Source: Eubacteriales bacterium (GTDB lineage Bacteria > Bacillota > Clostridia > Oscillospirales > CAG-272). Taken from it: 64,000 nucleotides of DNA. Below the pieces are notes generated by a model. It searched no databases and was not told where the DNA came from. It saw only the letters and a program-made list of their open reading frames with translations. Within the stretch, counting starts at the first letter, position 1. Every line of letters starts with the position of its first letter. Positions 27,071 to 35,902 of the stretch are shown in pieces. The stretch covers positions 2,758 through 66,757 of the forward strand of contig JAZNOI010000042.1 of assembly GCA_045580755.1 (NCBI GenBank), written 5' to 3'. A program made the translations under genes and the position numbers.

Positions 27071-28438
27071 TTATTTTAATGCGGCTATTACGTTTTCAAC
27101 CTTTTCGGCAGAAACCAAAATACCGTCATATTCCCCGATCGACAGAGCGTAATTATCTTCATCGTGTTTATAGAAATTCAACACGACTTCGCCGTCTTTC
27201 AAGCCAAAAATCGCTTTAAATACAAGCTCTGTCTTTTCTTCTTCGGTATATCCCGTCTTGGAAAGTGCCGTTATTCCGTAAAACACGTCGATAAACTTTT
27301 CGTCTTCTCCGTTTTTCTCGGGGTCAAACGAGTGTACGGCTCCATCGTATTCGACCTTGAAATAATCCGTATCGTTTGAATTCAAAGGACAAACAAGATC
27401 GGTCTTAAAATCCGCTTCGAGAGCCTTGTAAAGCTCGTCGCCCTTATTCAGACCGTACAGAATATCGGAATTATCAAACATCGAATAGTATACGGTCTTT
27501 CCCTCTTCATCAACGCTCTTTCCGATATAGATCGTATAGCTGTCCTTCTTTTTTACGGTAACCGACGTTCCCGAGCTGTCTTCTTTTATCTCTTCCTCGA
27601 ACTTCACCGTCAAAGCCAGCGCTTTGTTGTCTCCGAGACCGTACGAGTCAAGCGTTTCTTTATCAACCTTATAACCCTTTACGTACTCCTTGGTCGCACC
27701 CGCAACGGCAACCATAAAAGATGCCCCCGCCTGACCGTCAACGGCAATCTTTTTACCGTTTTCATCAAAGGTAAAATACTTGAAAGGATCTGCAAAAAAG
27801 TCGGCGCCGCTCTTATCTGTGGTTATAATGTGTTTTTTTCCGTCAACAACGTATTCAACCTCGGTTATATTTTCTGCCGTAGTTGTCGGAATATCGTCGG
27901 GCATAGTCATATCGAGCTTTCCGAGAGCAAAGCTGTCGTATACTACTCTTCCCGATATATAAACCTTGTCAACAACGCTCGATTTGAAGTAAAAACCTTC
28001 TGCTATCTCGTTATACATTCCGATAGTATACGTATACTCGTTGCCTTCGGAGGTCTGATATTTTATTTCGAGAGTGGGAACATCGAGCCCGTATTCGCTC
28101 TGGTTGTCAAGGTTCTCAGCAACCAAACGGTTCGCCCTGACGTCCGAAAGGCAGTCGATCATATAGTCTACGTAGCTGTCGTCAAAAGGAAACTCCGGAT
28201 CATCTTTAACTATCCACTTTCCGTCAACAACGGCTAAGCTGACCTTTTCTCCCTCGTACACGTACTCGATCGACTTCAAGGTCTCACCCTCAAGCTTATG
28301 AACCTGAATAGTCGGTACTTCTTCGTCTCCCGTTTGGAGTGCATCTCCCTCTTTTTGACTGTCGCTCAAAAAGACGTAGCCTACGACTAATCCAACAAGG
28401 ATGATAAGCATGACCGAAAGAGTAACAATCTTTTTCAT
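27071..28438 (-). CDS. DUF4340-like membrane-anchored extracytoplasmic protein
   Basis: N-terminal anchor MKKIVTLSVMLIILVGLVVGYVFL, then a long beta-rich, acidic ectodomain. Start ATG overlaps the upstream stop by 1 nt (TGATG). The family call rests mainly on operon context. Confidence 0.55.
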   Translation of the reverse strand: MKKIVTLSVMLIILVGLVVGYVFLSDSQKEGDALQTGDEEVPTIQVHKLEGETLKSIEYVYEGEKVSLAVVDGKWIVKDDPEFPFDDSYVDYMIDCLSDVRANRLVAENLDNQSEYGLDVPTLEIKYQTSEGNEYTYTIGMYNEIAEGFYFKSSVVDKVYISGRVVYDSFALGKLDMTMPDDIPTTTAENITEVEYVVDGKKHIITTDKSGADFFADPFKYFTFDENGKKIAVDGQAGASFMVAVAGATKEYVKGYKVDKETLDSYGLGDNKALALTVKFEEEIKEDSSGTSVTVKKKDSYTIYIGKSVDEEGKTVYYSMFDNSDILYGLNKGDELYKALEADFKTDLVCPLNSNDTDYFKVEYDGAVHSFDPEKNGEDEKFIDVFYGITALSKTGYTEEEKTELVFKAIFGLKDGEVVLNFYKHDEDNYALSIGEYDGILVSAEKVENVIAALK

Positions 28439-29856
28439 CACTTGCTCCTTCTGCGGTACAAAACGTACACACCCACTCCTACGACGGAAAGGGGTATTAT
28501 CACCGCAAATATCCAAGTAAGTATAGTGCTTGTCGTTTCGTTGATTTCCAACGGAGCATCGATCGTGTCTTTTGCGGGCATAGATATTGCGCTGTCAAGT
28601 TGACACATCCAGCCAAACGAGTTGGTAAGGAAGTCTCCGGATTCTGGATAAACGTTTTGCCATACGATCCTCGTAACCGTACCGTCGGCATTCTTTTCTT
28701 CTGCCGCAACAGCTACGTCAAACGGCCCCTTCACTTCACCCTCGTCAAGCGTACTGTTTCCGTTCAGATCAGTAAATGACACTGACGAAGTGGTAAACAA
28801 CGGAGTTATCGTCAAGGTATTTCTGAGCGATTTGTTCGATGAGATCGCCTGTCCGTCGGTTACGTACATATTCATACCGACAAACGGCTTCGTAATTGTA
28901 TGATCTCCGAAATCGGGAACGTAAAGTGAACGGACGAGTCCGGGCTTCATACGGTCGGAATCGGTTTCGACAACGTAACCTTCGCCTGCGGACAAGCCGT
29001 AGTAAGCCAAAACGGAATCGAGGTTGGGATGGCCCGATCTTCTCTGATTAAAATGAGAAATATACATCATATTTCCGCCCGACTTAAGATAATCGAGCAA
29101 AATATCTTTTTCTTCTTCCAAAATATCGGTCGACGGCTCGTATATCATAATACAACCGCAGTCGGCGGGGATCTTCTTTGCCGAAGCAATATTAAGAGTC
29201 TGAAGCACCATACTTTCGTTAGTAATATTTGCCTCTACTACCTCGTCGGAAAGAACCTCTTCTCCGTGTCCGGTAAGAGCATAAATAACCGGTATCTTAT
29301 CGGTCGTAACGTATTTAATAGCCGCCGTCAAGTATTCTTCCGCGTCAAAAAGCGGAGGGGGATATGTGCCGTACTGGTTATAATAACTGTACAGATACTC
29401 CATGGAATAGCTGCCGTACATAACGTCAACGTAGTTTATATTCTTGCTTCTCTTTGCGCTCTCAACGACAACGTCGCCTTCCATAAGCTCTTTTCTGTCG
29501 TCAACGAAGAATGAGGGGCGAAGAGTCGGATCGATACGCTCGATCTCAATGTGATCGTTCAACTCGGCGTACTTTTCAAGTATGTTCACCATACTCTCGT
29601 CCTCGGCAGTGCCGTGAGGCCAGATAAAATAAATTTTTATATCTTCTGTTACGCCCTTGACCGTTTTTTCGGTCTCTTCACTTATCGAATAAAGGTCGGA
29701 AAGGGTCATGTCGTACTGCGTTACGTTTTTGGGAAGCTTATTCACAAAAAGGTTGATAACGATTATGATCGCAATTGCAACGACCGAAACGAGCACTGAG
29801 TATCCGCCCGTTTTTAAATATTTAGTGTTAAATCTCCAAAATTTCTTGTCGCTCAT
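28438..29856 (-). CDS. GldG-like ABC-transporter auxiliary protein (TM at both ends, large external domain)
   Basis: 472 aa. N-terminal and C-terminal TM segments. Sits between an ABC-2 permease and a DUF4340-like gene. Confidence 0.6.
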   Translation of the reverse strand: MSDKKFWRFNTKYLKTGGYSVLVSVVAIAIIIVINLFVNKLPKNVTQYDMTLSDLYSISEETEKTVKGVTEDIKIYFIWPHGTAEDESMVNILEKYAELNDHIEIERIDPTLRPSFFVDDRKELMEGDVVVESAKRSKNINYVDVMYGSYSMEYLYSYYNQYGTYPPPLFDAEEYLTAAIKYVTTDKIPVIYALTGHGEEVLSDEVVEANITNESMVLQTLNIASAKKIPADCGCIMIYEPSTDILEEEKDILLDYLKSGGNMMYISHFNQRRSGHPNLDSVLAYYGLSAGEGYVVETDSDRMKPGLVRSLYVPDFGDHTITKPFVGMNMYVTDGQAISSNKSLRNTLTITPLFTTSSVSFTDLNGNSTLDEGEVKGPFDVAVAAEEKNADGTVTRIVWQNVYPESGDFLTNSFGWMCQLDSAISMPAKDTIDAPLEINETTSTILTWIFAVIIPLSVVGVGVYVLYRRRSK

Positions 29857-29871
29857 ATTATTCCCTCCCGT

Positions 29872-30735
29872 TCAGCTCCAACGGCGCTTTTCCACTGCCT
29901 GTACCGAAAGGAACACAAACAGGAAAATCACCGAAAGGAAATATACTATTGCCGACAAATCAAATATTCCGTAATAGAAGTTGAAGCATCTGTCGTGTAC
30001 GCTTATCCAGCCGACCACTTTGCCGAACAATCCTTCAAACATAGTTCTGTCGGACTTGAATAACCAGGCGAGAATAACCTCGCAAACGGTCGTCGCCGCC
30101 ATAGCGATCACATAGTTTTTTATCATAAAATAAACTATAAGACCGAACACCACCGCGCATACGGTAAAAGCCGCAAACGAGCCTTCAGCCGTTGCGGGCA
30201 CGAACGCTGCCAACGTGCTTGAAAAGTAGATAAGAAGCATTACGACAAACGAGATAACCGCAGATACGATCTGGTTTTCGGTGAGCGACGAAATAAACAT
30301 TCCGATGGCAAGCAGGCATGCGCCCATAAGAGCAAACGCCAATATAGCGCCGAAGCTTTGACCAAAATTAACAAAACCGAACGAGCCCAGCACAAACGGG
30401 TATACGCATATAACTCCGACGGGTATCAAAAATATCGTCAGCATAGCAAGATATTTTGCAACCACGGTCGAAGTTACCGAAAGAGGAAGCGAATACAAAA
30501 GCTGGTCTGTCTTCTTCTGTCTCTCTTCGGCGATGCTTCTCATTGTGAGTATCGGCGTTATCAGAAATACAACAAGCGCCAAAAGGCTGAGTGAATCGGA
30601 TATATAGGGAGACTGCCCCTTAAAACTGAAAGCCGTGGAAAAGAATCCCATAAACAAAAGTATAACCGAAATGTACAAAAATCCGAAAAAGTTATTGAAA
30701 TACGATTTCAATTCTTTTTTATATATTGCAATCAT
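29872..30735 (-). CDS. ABC-2 type transporter permease (GldF-like)
   Basis: 287 aa, about 6 TM segments. 4-nt overlap with the ATPase gene. Confidence 0.75.
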   Translation of the reverse strand: MIAIYKKELKSYFNNFFGFLYISVILLFMGFFSTAFSFKGQSPYISDSLSLLALVVFLITPILTMRSIAEERQKKTDQLLYSLPLSVTSTVVAKYLAMLTIFLIPVGVICVYPFVLGSFGFVNFGQSFGAILAFALMGACLLAIGMFISSLTENQIVSAVISFVVMLLIYFSSTLAAFVPATAEGSFAAFTVCAVVFGLIVYFMIKNYVIAMAATTVCEVILAWLFKSDRTMFEGLFGKVVGWISVHDRCFNFYYGIFDLSAIVYFLSVIFLFVFLSVQAVEKRRWS

Positions 30736-31835
30736 TTTTTCTTTTCCTCCTTCCCGTTTCCGGTATCCGACGTAAACAACGGAGTGTATTCTTCGTCTTC
30801 TTCGTCTTCTTCATCGTCGATCTCTTCAAGAGAATCAACCTTTTTATTACTTTCAGCCTTATCCTTTTTATCCGCATTATCTTTTTCAGACTCTTTGGAC
30901 TCGGATTTTTTGGATTCCGAAATGATCGAAAGGAATATGTCTTCGAGCGTCATACTGTTGTTTACCAGCTCGATCATAGGCACCCTCTCTGCGCAGAAAG
31001 CATAGAAAACCGCAACTCTGATATCTTCTGTGGTGTGAACCCTCACTTTAACCGTTCCGTCGTCGTTTTCAACGGGATCCTCTATGCGCTTTATGCCGTT
31101 AATACGGCGGAGGATAGACAAAACTGTGTTTTTACTTCCCTTTGCCGTGATGTCAAAAACGTTACCCGATATTCTTTTGCTGAGATTTTCGGGCGTATCG
31201 CTTGCAATAATACTGCCGTCTGAAATAATCAAAACGTAGTCGCATATCGCGCTTACTTCGCTAAGTATATGAGAACTCAAAAATACCGTATGATCTTTTT
31301 TTAGCGATTTTATGAGCTCTCTCATTTCGATTATCTGTTTAGGGTCGAGACCTACCATAGGCTCGTCAAGAATAATGATCTCGGGATTGCCTATAAGTGC
31401 CTGAGCAAGACCCACTCTCTGTCTGAAACCTTTAGACAGATTTTTTATTAATCTGTCTTTTACTCCGGTTATACCCGTCATAGTCATTATGTTCTTTATC
31501 TGTTTGCCGAGCTCGCTCTTTTTCACCCCTTTTGCAACACCCACGAACTCAAGATATTCGATCGGTGTCATATCGGTATACAAAGGGGGAAGCTCGGGAA
31601 GATACCCTATACACTTCTTCGCTTCTTTCGGGGATTTGTAAATATCGTACCCGTTTATCACAACGTTTCCGTCGGTAGCCGCCAAACATCCCGTCATAAT
31701 ATTCATAGTGGTAGACTTGCCCGCCCCGTTAGGACCCAAAAACCCGTAAATCTTACCCTTTTCGATCTTAAAACTTATGTTTTTTACCGCGGTATGATTT
31801 CCGTACTTTTTTACAAGTTTTTTTACTTCGATCAA
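30732..31835 (-). CDS. ABC transporter ATP-binding protein with a long charged K/E/D/S-rich C-terminal tail
   Basis: Walker A GPNGAGKST, signature LSKGFRQR, Walker B IIILDEP. About 70-aa low-complexity tail. Confidence 0.92.
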   Translation of the reverse strand: MIEVKKLVKKYGNHTAVKNISFKIEKGKIYGFLGPNGAGKSTTMNIMTGCLAATDGNVVINGYDIYKSPKEAKKCIGYLPELPPLYTDMTPIEYLEFVGVAKGVKKSELGKQIKNIMTMTGITGVKDRLIKNLSKGFRQRVGLAQALIGNPEIIILDEPMVGLDPKQIIEMRELIKSLKKDHTVFLSSHILSEVSAICDYVLIISDGSIIASDTPENLSKRISGNVFDITAKGSKNTVLSILRRINGIKRIEDPVENDDGTVKVRVHTTEDIRVAVFYAFCAERVPMIELVNNSMTLEDIFLSIISESKKSESKESEKDNADKKDKAESNKKVDSLEEIDDEEDEEDEEYTPLFTSDTGNGKEEKKK

Positions 31836-31990
31836 AGTTTTTTCCTCCGTATATAAACTGTATGTAATTTCTTTCGCCGGAAATATTTTGCCCTTGTTGC
31901 TCAGCCTAATATCAGCAAAAAAATTCCATATTAATATTTTACATAATTATGCCCCCGTTTACAATGGATTATTGTAAAAAAAGTGCGCTT

Positions 31991-32066
31991 TTTTCAAGTT
32001 TTTTCATAATTTTTCATTCAAAATTCCTCTGCATTTCACACAATCTTCACATTGGGAGATTATAAT
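31991..32066 (+). promoter_or_regulatory. htrA promoter region: phased TTTTCA/TTCACA repeats plus a TATAAT -10
   Basis: TTTTCA at 31991, 32001 and 32011. TTCACA at 32035 and 32046 (11-bp spacing). TATAAT at 32061-32066. No good -35 hexamer. Confidence 0.45.
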
Positions 32067-32156
32067 TTGACTTGATTAGGAATAATAAAGTATATTCCCA
32101 TTCGTTTTTATCAATTTTTTACCATTGCAAAAAGCAAAAACAGGAGGGCAGAATTT

Positions 32157-33569
32157 ATGTCGGACGAAATCAGAAATGAAACAAATCCAAGCGAAAACAC
32201 TCAAAACGAAAACAACACTTTAAACAACAATATACCGCCTCAGACAAACTCACCGTACACCTATCAAACGAATATCCCCCAGCAGAATCCCGGAGTTCAG
32301 TACGCGCCCCGCTACAACACGGGTTACTATTCTTCGGCGATGAACGGTCAGTCTCCCACGAATACGGTTTATTCTTATCCCGCTCAGCAGCCGTCGGAAG
32401 ATCAGACCGATAATAAAAAAGAAAAAAAGAAAAAAGAGAAAAAGCCGCTCGGTATGGGCGCTATGTTGCTCATTTGCATTTCCGTTTCTCTCGCTTCGGG
32501 ATTATTGGGAACGCTTGCAGGTATATTCATATTGAATAAAGGCACGACGCCTACGCTGCAGCCCCAAACACCTGTAGGCGGCGGACAAACCGTTATATAC
32601 GAAGAAATTGATTCGGATATAGGAAACACCGTAGACGTTGAACTCGGAACAGTTTCCGCAGTTGCGAAAAAAGCACTTCCCTCTGTCGTTGAGATCACAA
32701 CCGAAGCCGTTACGAACAACGCTTTCTACGGCCAGTACGTAACCGAAGGTGCGGGCAGCGGAGTTATCATTTCCGAAGACGGCTACATTGCAACGAACAA
32801 CCACGTTGTAAACGGCGCTTCGAATATAAAGGTCCGCCTCTCAAACGGAGATGAACACCAGGCAACGCTTATCGGAACGGATGCACAAACGGATATTGCC
32901 GTTATCAAGATCAACGCAAAGGGACTTACACCCGCAGTATTCGGAAACTCCGACGATCTCGTTGTCGGCGAACTAACTGTTGCCATCGGTAACCCTTTGG
33001 GCGAACTCGGCGGAACGGTAACAGACGGTATCATCAGCGCGCTTGACAGAGAAATAACCGTTGAGGGCGAAATGATGACACTCCTTCAGACAAACGCGGC
33101 AGTCAGCCCAGGAAACTCGGGCGGCGGTCTCTTTGATGCGGAAGGAAAACTCATCGGAATCGTTAATGCAAAATCTTCGGGAAGCAGTATTGAGGGACTC
33201 GGCTTTGCGATCCCCGTCAACACGGCAAAAGAAATTATAAAAGACTTGATCGAAAACGGTTTCGTTACGGGCAGACCCTCGATCGGAATAACGGTATTAG
33301 AAGTTTTGACCGACTATCAAAAGTATATGTACGGTGTCAGAGACTACGGTGTATATATTCGCGAGGCGGCAAACGATAAGCTTAAAAACGGAGACAGGAT
33401 CATCGCAATAAACGGTAATTCCGTCAGCCAGCTCTCCGACATCAAATCGATCGTCAGCAAATACGAGGTCGGCGACAAGATCACTATCACCGTAACGCGT
33501 AACAACAAGATCATTGACGTTGAAGTTACTCTTATCGATTCGGCTGAAAATCCTCTTAACAAAAACTAA
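32157..33569 (+). CDS. htrA: HtrA/DegP-family serine protease with PDZ domain, Q/N/P/Y-rich N-terminus and one TM segment
   Basis: Triad contexts ATNNHVV, TDIAVIKI, GNSGGGLF. C-terminal PDZ. Confidence 0.9.
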   Translation: MSDEIRNETNPSENTQNENNTLNNNIPPQTNSPYTYQTNIPQQNPGVQYAPRYNTGYYSSAMNGQSPTNTVYSYPAQQPSEDQTDNKKEKKKKEKKPLGMGAMLLICISVSLASGLLGTLAGIFILNKGTTPTLQPQTPVGGGQTVIYEEIDSDIGNTVDVELGTVSAVAKKALPSVVEITTEAVTNNAFYGQYVTEGAGSGVIISEDGYIATNNHVVNGASNIKVRLSNGDEHQATLIGTDAQTDIAVIKINAKGLTPAVFGNSDDLVVGELTVAIGNPLGELGGTVTDGIISALDREITVEGEMMTLLQTNAAVSPGNSGGGLFDAEGKLIGIVNAKSSGSSIEGLGFAIPVNTAKEIIKDLIENGFVTGRPSIGITVLEVLTDYQKYMYGVRDYGVYIREAANDKLKNGDRIIAINGNSVSQLSDIKSIVSKYEVGDKITITVTRNNKIIDVEVTLIDSAENPLNKN

Positions 33570-33699
33570 ACTGCTTATATTTATGTTTTCGAAACAGCAC
33601 TTGAAATTAGTAGAAAAATAATATATAATCTTTGCAGGGAACAGAGTATTCTGTTCCCTGCACCCGCATTTGCGTAAAATAAAAAAGGAGGAAACACGT

Positions 33700-34377
33700 A
33701 TGTATAAAATACTTGTCGTAGACGACGAGGAGCACATTCGCGCTCTGATAAAAAAATATGCTGCATTCGAAGGCCATACTGTTTCCGAGGCTGAAAACGG
33801 CTTAAGCGCAATAGAAATGTGCCGTTCCTTTACTTACGACATAATTATAATGGACATAATGATGCCCGAACTTGACGGTTTTTCTGCCTGCAGAGAAATA
33901 CGCAAGTTTACGGACACTCCCATTCTTATTCTTTCGGCAAGGGGAGAAGAATACGACAAAATAAACGGCTTTGAAGTCGGTGTCGATGATTTTGTCGTTA
34001 AGCCTTTTTCGCCAAAAGAACTTATGCTCCGCATAAACGCCATAATGAAAAGATCAAAAAATGCGGAAAACAAAAACAATTTCGTATTAAAAATTGACGG
34101 TTTCAGCGCCGACCTTACCGCAAGACTGGTCTTTATCGACGGGAACAGAGTCAACCTTTCCCCAAAGGAATTCGACCTGCTTTTCTATATGATCAAAAAC
34201 AAAAATGCGGCTTTAACGCGGGAACAACTTATATGTAACGTATGGGGCTATGATTTTTACGGCGATGACAGAACGCTCGACACACATATCAAGCTGCTCA
34301 GAAAACAGCTCGGAAAATACTCGTTTCTTATTGCAACGGTGAGAGGAGTGGGTTACCGTTTTGACACAAACGCATAA
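33700..34377 (+). CDS. OmpR-family response regulator
   Basis: MYKILVVDDEEHIR, phosphoacceptor context IIIMDIMMPELDG, wHTH TVRGVGYRF. ATG at 33700 after AAGGAGG. Confidence 0.92.
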   Translation: MYKILVVDDEEHIRALIKKYAAFEGHTVSEAENGLSAIEMCRSFTYDIIIMDIMMPELDGFSACREIRKFTDTPILILSARGEEYDKINGFEVGVDDFVVKPFSPKELMLRINAIMKRSKNAENKNNFVLKIDGFSADLTARLVFIDGNRVNLSPKEFDLLFYMIKNKNAALTREQLICNVWGYDFYGDDRTLDTHIKLLRKQLGKYSFLIATVRGVGYRFDTNA

Positions 34378-35842
34378 TAAAGCTCCTGTACAAAAAAACA
34401 GATCAAAACCGAGTATAAAATGGAAAGTATTTGCCTTTCTTGCAGCTTTTACAGCAATAATCCTGATCATCCTCTGGCTTACTCAAACGGTTTTTTTGTC
34501 AGATATTTATAAAAAAATTAAACTCAACGAACTCGAAAAAAGCGCCGACGAAATATCGGCGGCTGTCGGAACGGACAGACTCGAAAGCGTCGTTGAAAAA
34601 CTTGCAACGCAAAATGAATTTTGCATAATCGTCCAAAACGATGCGGGCAGGATACTGGCATCTACGGAATCTATGCACAACTGCGTAATTCACAATATTT
34701 CTTACAGAGACAGAGCAAGACTTCATATCGATGCCCAAAACGACGGCGGGGTCCTGCTCGAAAGATTTAAGCTCGACCCTCATTCCGGCACGTTTCACTC
34801 GGTAAAAGAAGAAGAGACAAAATCTGAAGAAAATATTATTTACACCCTCTGTTATACAAACGAAAACGGAGACAGCGGAGCTATATTCATAAACTCAATG
34901 TTGACCCCCGTCAACGCGACCGTTAAAACTTTGAATACCATGCTCGGTTTTATAAGTATAGCCTTGCTCGCAATAGCTCTGATCTTTTCGTTCGTAATAT
35001 CATTTACGATAACGAGACCCATAAAAAAACTTACGAAGGCAGCAAACGAACTTGCCGTCGGAAATTACGACACGGTCTTCCCGTCAAAGTCGTCAAAAGA
35101 AATTGCCAACCTCGCCGATACTCTGAATTACGCGGCAGGAGAACTGAAAAAGAACGAGATCTTAAAAAGAGAATTGATCGCAAACATTTCGCACGATCTG
35201 AGAACACCGTTGACTCTCATAACGGGTTACAGCGAAGTAATGCGGGATATTCCAAACGAGATGACTTCAGAGAATCTTCAGATAATAATCGACGAATCAA
35301 AACGCCTCACCTCTCTCGTGAACGACGTTATGGACGTTTCAAAGCTACAGGCTGCCGCCGTAGAGCTTAAGCTCGAAAGATTCGACATAAACGAAGTGAT
35401 CAAAGAAACCTTCACACGATACCAAAAGCTCGTCGACCAGGACGGATATGACATTTCTTTACAGCTTACGACACCGTGTTATGTCTACGCCGACAGACAA
35501 AAAATTTTGCAGGTCCTCTATAACTTTGTAAACAATGCGGTTACTCATACCGGAAATGACAAAAAGGTTATGATAACCCAATCAAACGTACAGCATCTCG
35601 GTAAAGATTATATACGAATAGAAATAACCGATACCGGTAACGGTATCGACCCGAACGACCTGCCATTAATTTGGGACAGATACTACAAGGTCGATAAGTT
35701 CCACAAACGCGCCCAGATGGGTTCCGGACTCGGTCTTTCGATCGTCAAAGCGATAATTGAACTTCACCGCGGTTATTACGGTGTATCCAGCACCGTAGGT
35801 ATCGGCTCGACGTTCTGGTTCGAGCTTGAAGAAATCAAATAA
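34361..35842 (+). CDS. Sensor histidine kinase (2 TM segments, HAMP, HisKA, HATPase_c)
   Basis: H-box ISHDLRTPLTLI, N-box VNNAVTHT, G-boxes DTGNGI and GSGLGLSIV. The TTG start overlaps the end of the regulator gene. Confidence 0.9.
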   Translation: MTQTHNKAPVQKNRSKPSIKWKVFAFLAAFTAIILIILWLTQTVFLSDIYKKIKLNELEKSADEISAAVGTDRLESVVEKLATQNEFCIIVQNDAGRILASTESMHNCVIHNISYRDRARLHIDAQNDGGVLLERFKLDPHSGTFHSVKEEETKSEENIIYTLCYTNENGDSGAIFINSMLTPVNATVKTLNTMLGFISIALLAIALIFSFVISFTITRPIKKLTKAANELAVGNYDTVFPSKSSKEIANLADTLNYAAGELKKNEILKRELIANISHDLRTPLTLITGYSEVMRDIPNEMTSENLQIIIDESKRLTSLVNDVMDVSKLQAAAVELKLERFDINEVIKETFTRYQKLVDQDGYDISLQLTTPCYVYADRQKILQVLYNFVNNAVTHTGNDKKVMITQSNVQHLGKDYIRIEITDTGNGIDPNDLPLIWDRYYKVDKFHKRAQMGSGLGLSIVKAIIELHRGYYGVSSTVGIGSTFWFELEEIK

Positions 35843-35857
35843 TAAACCAACAACAAA

Positions 35858-35883
35858 AATCCCACGCATCATAGCGTGGGATT
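35858..35883. terminator. Bidirectional terminator between the kinase and PPIase genes
   Basis: AATCCCACGC-ATCATA-GCGTGGGATT with an A-run before and a T-run after. Confidence 0.75.
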
Positions 35884-35902
35884 TTTTATTATAAGCTTTA
35901 TT

